From Felis catus (Eukaryota), in NCBI RefSeq assembly GCF_018350175.1, contig NC_058369.1:18044001-18108000 (forward strand): a DNA stretch of 64,000 bases, written 5' to 3'. A program made the translations under genes and the position numbers. This document shows positions 53,080 through 64,000 of this stretch, one piece after another (the stretch's first letter is position 1; every line of letters begins with the position of its first letter). The notes under the pieces were generated by a model that worked only from the letters and a program-made list of their open reading frames with translations, was not told where the DNA came from and ran no database searches.

Positions 53080-54120
53080 GTTATTGAACACGAGCGAGTC
53101 GGTGGATGTGAGCGTCCTTGTCTTCGGCACGAAACCGGGCGAAGTGTCCCCCCGTAGAGGCGAGGCCGACGTGGGCTCCGCGCCACCACGCGGGCCGAAG
53201 GCGCGCACATTTGCTCCCAGGCTGAATCTGACAACTCACTCGGTGCGCTCGGGGCTCAGAGGACCGTGGAGCGCAGCTGGGAAGTGGAGCACGCGGGGCT
53301 CACGCCCGCGGCTCGGGAAACCCGGGCAAACTCTGCTGGAGAGCTCCAAGGTCCCAGCCAGTGTGCTCGGCCCCCGCGGCCCCTCTAGATCGCTGGAGAC
53401 CCCTGCACCGCCCCCTCCGTCCCCCCACCGCGAACGTCGGCCCAGCCCGCCGCCTACCATCCAAGTCCTCGTCGTCCTCCGACTCGCTCTCCGCCTTCGC
53501 GTCGGTGACCAGGCCAGGGCCGGGCTCTAGAGCCTGGGAGCCGGAAGGAGGGGCAGCGGGCGGGCTGGCGGCTTGCAAGCGGGCCTCGCGCAGGCGGGTG
53601 AAGTAGTCCACCGCGAAGTCGACGAGGTCGGGCGGCTGCTGCCGCAGCACCTCCACCGTGTAGCCCTGCAGCAGCTCCGTGAGCCCCGGCGGGATCTGGA
53701 TGTGGCTCATGCCGGCGGCGGCCGCGAGGACAGGCGGGTCCGGGCCGCCGGCGGCCACTAGCTCCGCGCTCCCTCACGCCGGCCTCTCGCCTGGTGCCCG
53801 CAAGGTCTCCTCCCGCGCGACCCGGCTCCGGCCTTCCTCGCGCCGCCCTTCTGCCCGGTGTGCGTCTCCAGGCCGCACGACCCTACGCTACTACGGCTGG
53901 CCTGGCGCCGCCGCCGCTGTCACTGGGCAGCCGCCGCCGCCGCCTCGGGGACCGACAGGCGGGCAGGCGGGACGGGCGGGGCAGGAGCCCGGGTTGTGAC
54001 GCACGCGGCCGCGGGCGTGCGCGCCCCCGCCGCCCGCCGGCCCTCAGTGCGCGTGCGCCGCTGGGCAGCACGCTGGCTCAGAGCCGTCCGAGGTCGAGAT
54101 CGAGTCGTGGTAATGAGTGG
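53080..54120. promoter_or_regulatory. PRKAR2A: CpG island / GC-rich promoter and 5' UTR of PRKAR2A
   Basis: Abrupt very high GC and CpG density around exon 1. GC box GGGCGGGGC 53974-53982, CRE half-site TGACG 53997-54001, NRF1-like TGCGCGTGCGC 54048-54058. Confidence 0.9.
53458..53710 (-). CDS. PRKAR2A: PRKAR2A coding exon 1 (PKA type II-alpha regulatory subunit: dimerization/docking domain plus start of linker)
   Basis: ATG at 53710 in GCCGGCATG context. Translation [44 protein letters not shown]...[11 protein letters not shown] matches the RII-alpha N-terminus. Phase-1 donor G|GTAGGC at 53457. Exon 2 (VPxPSRFxRRVSV) not found in the window by eye. Confidence 0.97.
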
Positions 54121-55258
54121 TCTACCCGCTAAAGGGAGTCGTCAGTGCTTTTCACCTAGTCCCTAAGACCTTTCATGTATTGTTTCAACACTCGCTAAGA
54201 GCCTCCTGTTTGCCAACACCTGGTAGGCTCCACGGACACAGCCTACAGCCAGAGAGCCAGACGCAGGCACATACATTAAAACCTCAGTGTGGTTCCAGTT
54301 GTGGTGGAGAGCAAGAGGGCCCACTTTAGGAGGTGACATTCAAGCTGACTCGGAGGCCTGGTAAAAAGTTAGGACCACCCTGGTCACTGGGTGGAATGGT
54401 GGCATGACCACAAGACCCTCGGAAGTCTGGCAAGAGATCTGCAAAATGTCAAACGGGGAAGGCCTTGTAGATAGTAGGAGTTTCAGTGATACAGTAATTT
54501 GGGAGCCACAGGCAGAGAAATAAGCCTGGAAGAGTCACTAAGCCAAACTTGGAGAAACTGGAATAAGGCCCAGGGCAGGAACAACCTCTATGCCTGTTCC
54601 TCCTCTTGAGCATTCCCACCAAGATTCCCAGGACTAGGCCTGCGCACCTCTTCTCTTCCCACACTCCACCCTGGACTCACACTGATGGTGTTGAGCAGAC
54701 CACAAAGCACTGTTATCCTTTGCCCCTAGGGAGGGGGCATAGGTGAATTGGAGAGGCTAGGCTATTTCCCAAGTTGCCCCCTTCACCCACACCAGATTGG
54801 AAGGGAATAGAAAAAGGTGACTGCCCTGGGCCACAATGCTAACAAAAGGCTGGGTAGGCATAGGACAGAGTCCTGCCTCTCGTTGCTGGGCCCAGCCAGA
54901 AAGTGACTAGCTGTAAGCTTGGGAACCTCAAAGGCATTTAGGATGGTTAAGCTCCACCTGGTAATTACCTAGTATTAATTAAAATCAGCACTAAGACCTC
55001 TCATATTGGCTTGGCACACACCCAGGAGCTCAGTGCTGCTGGGAACTGAGCTTCTGGAAATAAGAGCAACCGATCCCCACTGGTATAGAAGCCACCCATG
55101 CTCTAGGCCAGGTAGGCCTGTGATTCCAAATAGCAGTGTCTCCCTGGTTATGTTCCTGGGCGCCTAGAAAGAGTCTTGGACCCTCTACTTTGTGAGAGGA
55201 GGGATAGTATCCAACTTGTTTCCTGCTGGTCCTTACTGCACACTCTTTAGAGATTTAC

Positions 55259-55300
55259 TGAATGAATGAATGAATGAATGAATGAATGAATGAATGAATG
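55259..55300. repeat. (GAAT)n tetranucleotide microsatellite
   Basis: About 10 perfect copies, ~1.2 kb upstream of the PRKAR2A CpG island. Confidence 0.95.
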
Positions 55301-58300
55301 GTTTCCACACACCAAGCAAAGCCAGTGAAACTGTTCTCCTGACCCGTCTCAGAACTAGGATACTTTTCTTCAAAGCTGTGTTTCTGATCTCAGCATATGA
55401 ACACTGCACTAAGGATAGGCAGTAAGAAGCTAAAGGGGCAGGGTTTCCCAACTCTTCTCTGCTCTTGAGTAAACCGACCCTTCCAAGTTTTCCAGGAGTC
55501 AGAACATACCCAGAAAACCTGGGTGTGACTCCCACTGCACCACCACGCCTGAGGATCTGCCTGCTTCAAACAATCCTACAACCAACCCTTTGGAAAGGCG
55601 AATTCATAACTCCACTCCCTAGTTTGCTCATTCTTCAGGTTTTATATGTTTTAAAGGGGGACAGGTGCCTGTACAGTTAGGACTCTGACCTCAATTACAA
55701 AATAAGATAGAGGAAGGCTACTCCAGGGCTGATGACAGAGCTGGGTGTGGGTAGGCTCTCCCAGTCACACCAAGGAACTTCCATCAGCCTCTGCCAGGAG
55801 CAGGTCGGTTTGCTCTCAGATGCACCAAAGCTTCACCATCTATCCAGCAAACGGGACATTCAAAGGGCATCTTTGGAACTGGAAGGAACGACAGCAACAG
55901 AAAGCAGGAAACCCATAGCTGTTCCAAACCAGCCTGAGAGAGAGGAAGGACAGCCAGCCAGCCTCGAGGCCCTACTTGGCTCCCCTCCCCTAACACCTGG
56001 TCCAAGAGTAGGGATCCATCCCTGCACCTTCCAAGAAGCCCTTCTGTAGTAAGTGGAGTCTCAAGGGCCTTCATGAATGCCTAGCTGAGCTGGCCAAAGA
56101 AGGGTACCCTAGAGAAAGAATACTAGGTCCCCGAATCCCACATCTTCTACCCTTACCCTCCTAGGACTGCCTTTGTTCAAGCCTGTCCAGCCAGCTGCAC
56201 CATTGGAGGTTACTGTGGCAACCAGACCCACAGGCAGCCAGTAACCGGGAAACAGCTGCCAACAGTGTGATGGTGGGTGAAAAGGCCAAAAACACAGACT
56301 CTCAAAAGCAAGAGAAATACAGAGACTGTGGTAGAGAAGAGGAGTTCCCAGAGCACTGACAGGCACTCAGCTCCAAGCCAGTCCTAGGAGTCACTACCCA
56401 GCAGGCAGTCAAATCTTGCACAGACTGCCACACCAACAACCTCAAGCAGACATGAACACAATGGGGCCAATTATCAGAGATTTTACAACTATGGATACAC
56501 AGTAATACAGGTGGGGTACATGGTTAGCCCCATAGTAGTGGGTCTGGTGAAAATGAACATGGGTGGGGCACCAACTATTATGTCCAACGAAACAGTAGAT
56601 TTCATGTAATCTTGATTGAACTCACAACCGTGTGATCAAGACCCGAGCTGAGATCAAGAGTCAGATGCTTAACCAACTGAGCCACCCAGGTGCCCTGATA
56701 GGTTTATTATTTTAAAATTTGTTTTTTGTTGTTGTTTTTTTTTTTTCTCTTTCCAGGAAGAAGGGATACACCCAAACTCTCCCAGACTCCTCTGGAAGGC
56801 TTCTCTTGGCTCAGACCTCCCAGCTTATACTCCTCTGCCCACTGGGGGTGGGGGAGGAGACTCAGCCCCAGCAACAACACCTCCCTCTTCTCTGCCCAAA
56901 GGGGATCTCTAAGCCACTCCATTCCCCTACTTGTCTCCAGGGACCCATTGGTCACCTGATCATCTCTGCACACCAGCCCCACTGGTCCAGTCAGTCATCC
57001 CAGCTCATTTAGTATCTACCACCATCAGTTTCTATTTTGCCTTAAAAGCGTTTATGATCCTCGTTGACAGGAATAATTGGAGAAATAGGTTATGTTTTCT
57101 CTGTCATCACCCAAGCTGTCCTTCAGCCTCTATAATGCCTCCCTCATGGGGCCACTGCCTTTGGTCCAGAAAGTCTGGTCTATTTTAACAAGCATCCATG
57201 CCCCAGGAAGCAGTTAAATCCCAAGGCACGTGTTTCTGTACCTGTGAGCCACCCCCTCCCAGGACACTGTGTCCCCAGAAAGTGTCAGTCTCTGTAGTGG
57301 ACCTTGGATCTGCCTCAGAGACCCGTCAGGGCAAGGACTGAACCTGGAAAGCAAGGGAGAGCCTGGCTGGAGAGTCACAGGCCTACATGCTCACCAGAGC
57401 AGAGAAAGCAGAAAAGAGAGCCCTCAGGGAACATCTGGCCCTGGGGCTTTCCCAGTGCCTGTAGGGACTGTGTGCTCTCTGTGGCCTGACTCACAGGTCA
57501 GATGCCTGGGCTTTGACCCTGTGGCACAGACAGGCCTCCTGGAGCTTGGGTCAAGCAGCCCCAGGACAGCCTCTGATAGCATCACAAGCCTTTCTTCAGG
57601 CCTGTGGATACCCAGACCTCACTCTATTACCTGTCCTCTATTATCAATTTGCCAATGATCTTCACAGATCAGTTTATCCTGTCTGAGCCATAGCTTCCAC
57701 ATCTGAAAGTGGGGGTAAAAATTCTTGCCCACTAAACATTGAGTTACATGGGGATAAAGAAATAAGACCAAACCAATGAAAAGGTTAGAAAGGGCATAGG
57801 GGGTTCCAGACTCAAAAGAACTGTAGGGAAAGAATTATGTGTTGAGATAATATGACCTTACAGCAGAAATGGCATTACTGTTGCTTTTTTTTTTTTTTTT
57901 TTTTTTGAGAGAGAGAGAGAGAGAGAGCGAGAGAGCACACAAGTGGGGGAGAGAGGCAGAGAGAGAGAAACTTAAGCAGGCTCTATGCTCAGGGCAGAGC
58001 CCAATGCAGTGCTCGATCCCACAGCCCTGGGATCAAGAGTTGGACATTCAACCGACTGAGCCACCCAGATGCCCCACTAGTGTTGCTTCTAATAGGCTTG
58101 TTGCAACATCCCACCATCTGCCTCTCACCTTTGACCCACTTATACTCTGCTTTGTGCCTGGGTGAGGCCGTTATCACCAGTTGGTTGTTTTAACACTTGC
58201 GTCTCACTTCTACCTTAAGACTGTGACAGTCAGAGAAATTGCTGAGGAGGGCCCTAACCTCTTCCCCCACCTATCCCCATCAGGGAGAGAAAAGATATAT

Positions 58301-59544
58301 CAGGAACAGGTGGCATTTCAAAGTGCATCATAAAAAGGAAGTGCCAGTCAGGAGGGAGTTACTCACCATCTGTTCTGCTCCCTTCACAAATATGCCTCCT
58401 GGGGCTTCCCTATTTGACTTAACACCTACTGAACAACCAAAGGAGTAAAAGAATCTACCACCACTAACATCAAGGAACCAAAACATTCCATTTTAAAATG
58501 GAAGTTGTTTCAAAGGGCAAATTATCCAGAAGCACAGACTGTAAAAGTGATCCTGAGCCATGGGAATGACTGTCATTTGGCTGGAACGTAATTGCACTCA
58601 CATGGGCTTCCAGGCAAAGGCTGAGGTTGCAGCACTGTCTCAAGGACAGGGTGCTCCCGAGAAGAGCTTCAGGAAACACATATGTGGCCATCTCCAAACC
58701 AGAGAGAAATTAAAGACATCCTGCAGAATGAGGGGGCAGGTGTAACACTGAATTAATCTTCCCAAGCAGAGGGCACACAATTTTCATCTCTAAATGTTTT
58801 TTGTTTTGTTTTACTTGACCATAATTCCTATCTGGTCATCCAAAATATGTTCCCTGGAAGAAAGTGTCCTTCCTTAAACCCCCAAATCTTCAGCTTCCTG
58901 CCCAACTGGCCATATCCACTCCCAGATGGGGGTGGGTCCCTACCCCCTCACCCCTTTATGCAGAGTGATGGCTCTAAAGCCAAAGTCCAAGGATCTCTGT
59001 GCAGCTGCAGTAAGGTGGGAAGTGCCAGCAGAACTGTAACTGTAACTGCCAGATGAGACAACGCCAGAGAAGCCCAGCTCCTGTAGCCTTGCCATCCACC
59101 AGACAAGGACAAACTAATTTGTCTCCTTCACCTCCTCTGGATGCACCTAGGCATCAATTTGTCTAATTAGCAAGGCCCATTTGGTGACATCAGATCACAG
59201 TGACCCCAATAACCATATGAAGAGTCAAGATTGATTTTGGCTTTTAGAACAATCAACTCTCTGTTAGCTCAGACAGCCATGTGGCTGAGGGCAGAGAGAT
59301 AAAAGAATGAAGAGAAGGGCTGCAGGCTTGTACTGAGAACTGTGGGAACAATTAGCAATCAAGTCACCTGGTACCCCCACACCCTTCCCCATCTAGCAGC
59401 TGCTGTTGGGACATCAGGGAAGGCTGGGCTAGCCAAAACTTCTTCCTCTTTCTCCTGCTGAAGCCCCTGCCTGAAGCCACCAAGGACAGATACCAGATCC
59501 CTGACAGTCTCAGTCAAGGCTACAGGCTACCTGTTGAAATGACC

Positions 59545-59595
59545 CAAATCAAAAGAAAATTTCACACAATGCAAAAATTAGAAACAATATTTATT
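59545..59595 (-). terminator. SLC25A20: SLC25A20 polyadenylation signal with downstream U/GU-rich element
   Basis: Minus-strand AATAAA (+ strand tttatt 59590-59595) followed by TTTTTGCATTGTGTGAAATTTTCTTTTGATTT. Confidence 0.75.
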
Positions 59596-60373
59596 GTTTC
59601 CTGTTAAAAGAGGGCGCTCTCATGAGAAAAGAGTGTGCAAAAATGGCCTTTTCTACACCCTAGGTTTTGTCACTTATCTCAGCAGGGCTTGGACTGTTGA
59701 TTCCAAACCCTCCTCACTCTGTAGGAGGGAAAGCTCTCCATCTACTCCTGGGAAATTGGGCTACTTAGTTTAAGTTTTGATTACCTGAATGCATTAAAAA
59801 AAAAAAACAAAAAAACCTCAAACTGTTAACAGGCTATCTGCCCCTAGGCACATTTGTTCAGTCCACTTGGACAGAGAGATGCGGGCCTCAAGTCCACATC
59901 CTCACATGCAGGCCAGGATTATATGATACCCTGGAAACCTTGTGTGTGTTCCTTGGTAGGGATTGAAGAACACCCCAGCTCCTGGTCAGCTGGTTGAAAA
60001 CATGCATAGTGCCTCCAGTGAGACGCTGAGATTCCCTTTTTCTCGAGGAGTATTTTGGGTATAATAGGGCCTGTAGTCAACCAGTAGACAGCTCTCTGAC
60101 CACAGGTCGTATCTGGTCTGAAAGCTACTTACTCCACCTCCAAATCCTCTTGAGATCCCTTAAACTGACAAGAGTAAATTCAAGTCTCAAAGTGGCAGAC
60201 CAAGTTATACCAGGTAGAAGATGTCATTAAGGCAATGGTCTCAACAAGTCCATGCACACAGCTCTGATCCCACCATTCCCCTCCTTTTGCCCTTCAGGAC
60301 TGACTAGTCCTGCCCACTGCTTCTTCCTCGGTGATAGCTTCCATCATCCAGAAGCCTCGAGCAGCCTTCAGCC
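59570..60373 (-). other. SLC25A20: SLC25A20 3' UTR (approximate end)
   Basis: No recognisable interspersed repeats between the stop codon and the AATAAA at 59590-59595. Confidence 0.75.
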
Positions 60374-60481
<108 letters not shown>

Positions 60482-60829
60482 CTATCACAGAGACCACAGC
60501 TAACCCTGTCAGGACCAGAACTACTCCCTAACTTCATCAGGACCCTCCCTAACTTCATTCCTACCCCAGGTCAGGGAATCAAGCTGTGCTTTCTCATTCC
60601 TGAGAGGGGAAGAACATCCATGTTTCACAATTGCCCACTTCTGATGGCCAAGTCGGAAATCAAAGCCCCTCCCCTCAGAGAATCCCAAAGACAAACCCTC
60701 CTGAAGCTTCAGGAAAGGAAGCAAATAAGGAGGCTCTGGCTGAGGGTAGGATTTGGGGAAAACTGAGCTCCCAATCTAATCCTAGGAGCAAGCAAAAGTC
60801 AACCCACCTAGACTTTGGACCCTGCTCTA

Positions 60830-61021
<192 letters not shown>

Positions 61022-61476
61022 TTAGGAAGCTTCCTGACCTAACCATGATGACCCACGTGGGGACAATTTTGTAGTCAAGTCTTCCTGCAGGGTCACAGCA
61101 TCAGGAAGAAGACACCTTGCAGGTCATCTGGGACAAGTCCACAGACAACACAGTTCACTTTGGGAGAGACAGACACACTGTCTGGATTACTGATGCTAAG
61201 GGAGTGGAGAAGAATAAAGAATGAAATAATCCTCTGCTCATGTGAAGGCAGAAGAGTTGATTTGACTGCTTACCTCACTTATTTTGTGTTTTGGCCAACA
61301 GGAAGTGAGTCTAGGGTTCCTAGAACACAAATGACTACAAGGGAAAATGTTGATCAGACAGATGCTGGGTGCTGCTGTGGAGAGTGAGTATCTTCAGGGC
61401 CCTAAGAGCTCTGCACCCCAGGGGCAGCCAGTGCTGGGACCCACTCCACCCTCATCTACCCCACTACCCTCCACTA

Positions 61477-61662
<186 letters not shown>

Positions 61663-61965
61663 CTATGGCAGATGGGGCAGTGAGAGAGAGGGAGAAACTG
61701 GCCAGAGGGAGGAGGTCCAAGGCCAGGGCTCCTGTGACATGGCAGCTGCCACTCCTTGGAGGAAGTTTCATGAACTTGTTTTATATACTTGCTCCAGTAG
61801 GTGAGGTACAGAGTTAGCGGTATTAGATGGGTCTCAGCAGCAAGGAGAGTTAAGTGGATATGGAACCAGGAGCAAGCCCCACTCTGCCATCAGACCCATT
61901 CACAGTAAAGGGCAACCAACCCATGACTGAGCAAAGTGGCTTCTAAGTTCTTCTGTTCTCCTTAC

Positions 61966-62038
61966 CTCTTTCCCTCTGGAGTGAAGATATTTTTCAGCCA
62001 CTCATATGTCATGAAATACATCCCACTGGCTGGAACAT
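61966..62038 (-). CDS. SLC25A20: SLC25A20 exon 6 (73 nt)
   Basis: ctaacag|AT GTT CCA GCC AGT GGG ATG...GGA AAG AG|gtaagg. (D)[23 protein letters not shown]; phase consistent with neighbouring exons. Confidence 0.96.
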
Positions 62039-62670
62039 CTGTTAGCAGCAAGAAAGAGGTGAATTAAATGATATAAAATCCTCACAGATTTCTTGAATTT
62101 AGAAGAGTCAAGCTTGGCACTGGCCCCTTCAAGGCTCCCTGGGAAGGTCCTCAGCAGCACTTCTTATCTGCATTAACTCCTGTGCAGTAATTAGATGCCA
62201 CTTTGGGGCAAGCACTAGTGTGAGTGAGCACAAACATGCATGACAACATTTCATCTTCAAAGCCCCTTCTGAGTAGTCCCCACTGACATGCCCACTCCAA
62301 GTTACAAGCACTGCTAGTCTCTGGCCTTCCTCCAAGCTACCATGTTAGGACAAGGATGAGGCTGTGTCTGCCTTTCCTACTGCCACCCCAGCAGAACATG
62401 CCTCTCGAAACCATGGTGAGCCCCAGTGTCCTTAAGTCATTCTTTCCTCCCACTCATCCCTCCAGCCATGATTTCTACCTACTTTCCAGTTCCCCTGTAA
62501 CTGCCACTGTCTTAATACATCCTTGAGGGCCAGCCTGCCAGAAGGATGTTGGTTCCCCCTGCCCCCATCCTCATTTGTGTCCATGCTGGCTGGGGTGAGA
62601 CTGCCTAAAACCAGGGCACACCATGCCAGCCTTCTCAGCCATAAGTGTGGTTTGCATGGTGCCAAAGCTA

Positions 62671-62898
<228 letters not shown>

Positions 62899-64000
62899 TC
62901 ATCAAAGTCAGCTGCAGCAACATCGAAGTCAATAGACTCAGCATGTTACAGAAGATTACAAGGTGAGTGTGGATGTGGTCATTAGGCATTAGACCAAGAA
63001 ACACTTCACTGTCAAACTGACGGTTATTTGGAAAATAGAATATTGGTGGAAGTCACTAGGAAATAAAGCTAAATAAAAATATCACAAAGTATGCATATAC
63101 TGACAAGAAAAAAAATCAACAGAAGAATTGGAAAATAAGTGGAGGAACCCTCAAATCCAAAAGCATTCCCAATAAAGCTAGTTGGAAGGTCTAGAAAGGA
63201 GACAAATACTTCAGTCATTCACTTATTCCTTCAACAAATATCCACTGAATACCAAACCCATTTCAAGCCCTCACTGATCAGGAAGCCTGGTTAAGGAAAG
63301 GTGAACAGGAAATGGCATTCAGAGTTCTAAGTCCTGGGATAGAAGTCCTATGCAGAGCCAGGGGAAGGCCAAGGAGAGGCCCCCATCCCAGCTTCAGGGA
63401 TCCAGAGCCTAAGAGTCAAGAGCATGAGAAAGGCAGGCTGGGGTAATCCCAGAAAAGATCCGAGAGAAAGATCCCCATGCAAGATCCATAGGAAGTACAG
63501 AGTCAAAGGGAATCAACACACAGAGGCATCAACCAAAGAATAATTAAAGCTGGAGAGTTCGGCTTTAACAGTCCCAAGGAGAAACACTTACAAAATAAAT
63601 ATAGAAGTCCAATAACTTTCTTTGTCTTTTTTTACGTTTATTCACTTTTAAAAAAAAATTTTTTTTAACGTTTATTTATTTTTGAGACAGAGAGAGACAG
63701 AGCATGAACAGGGGAGGGGCACAGAGAGAGGGAGACACAGAATCTGAAACAGGCTCCAGGCTCTGAGCTGTCAGCACAGAGCCCGACGCGGGGCTCGAAC
63801 TCACGGACCATGAGATCATGACCTGAGCCGAGGTCGGATGTTTATTTACTTTTGAGAGGAAGAGAGGGAGAGAGAACGTGTGCCTATGAGTGTGCACGAG
63901 CAGGGGAGGGGCAGAGAGAGAGGGGGACAGAGGATCCAAAGCAGGCTCCACACTGACAGTAGCAAGCCTGAGCCTGATGCATGGCTTGAACTCACGAACC

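Larger units (their letters stand above)
1..53457 (-). other. PRKAR2A: PRKAR2A intron 1 (probably continues beyond the window start)
   Basis: Lies downstream of the exon 1 donor on the minus strand. Repeat-rich, with no further PRKAR2A exon recognised. Confidence 0.75.

Noticed and set aside
53300..53758. 152-aa ORF extending PRKAR2A at both ends
   Set aside because: It starts at a GTG in the 5' UTR and reads through the splice donor into the intron. The real CDS portion is 53458-53710, and I see no evidence for a non-AUG extension.
53025..54329. Multiple overlapping Arg/Pro/Gly-rich ORFs
   Set aside because: Expected stop-codon depletion in a CpG island.
55233..59056. Several 60-130 aa ORFs in the intergenic spacer
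   Set aside because: No recognisable homology or splice structure; consistent with chance ORFs.

Overview
Mammalian genomic DNA, almost certainly a felid, judging by the dense Can-SINE/SINEC_Fc-type tRNA-derived SINEs. Two genes lie in tandem on the minus strand. At the right end is the 3' part of SLC25A20 (carnitine/acylcarnitine translocase): coding exons 5-9 with GT-AG sites, the 3' UTR and an AATAAA at ~59590. Next come the CpG-island promoter and first coding exon of PRKAR2A (PKA RII-alpha, 53458-53710). Positions 1-53457 appear to be PRKAR2A intron 1; I could not find exon 2 in the window. The intron is packed with SINEs, L1 fragments, LTRs (MER21-like, MLT1-like, ERV solo LTRs), MIR/L2, DNA transposon relics and an RPS20 processed pseudogene. 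I see no evidence for a new gene system. The most unusual structure is a perfect 128-bp inverted repeat enclosing a 3 x 34-bp tandem array inside an old L1 3' end (49621-49980). Smaller oddities are a 14-bp duplication in the SLC25A20 exon 7 acceptor, a poly(A)-only insertion with TSD, repeated SINE insertion into identical target sites, a 5'-inverted L1 and a possible decayed hAT transposase. Repeat family names, human exon sizes and reference protein sequences are from memory, not a database search. Repeat boundaries are approximate, and only a subset of the SINEs is listed.
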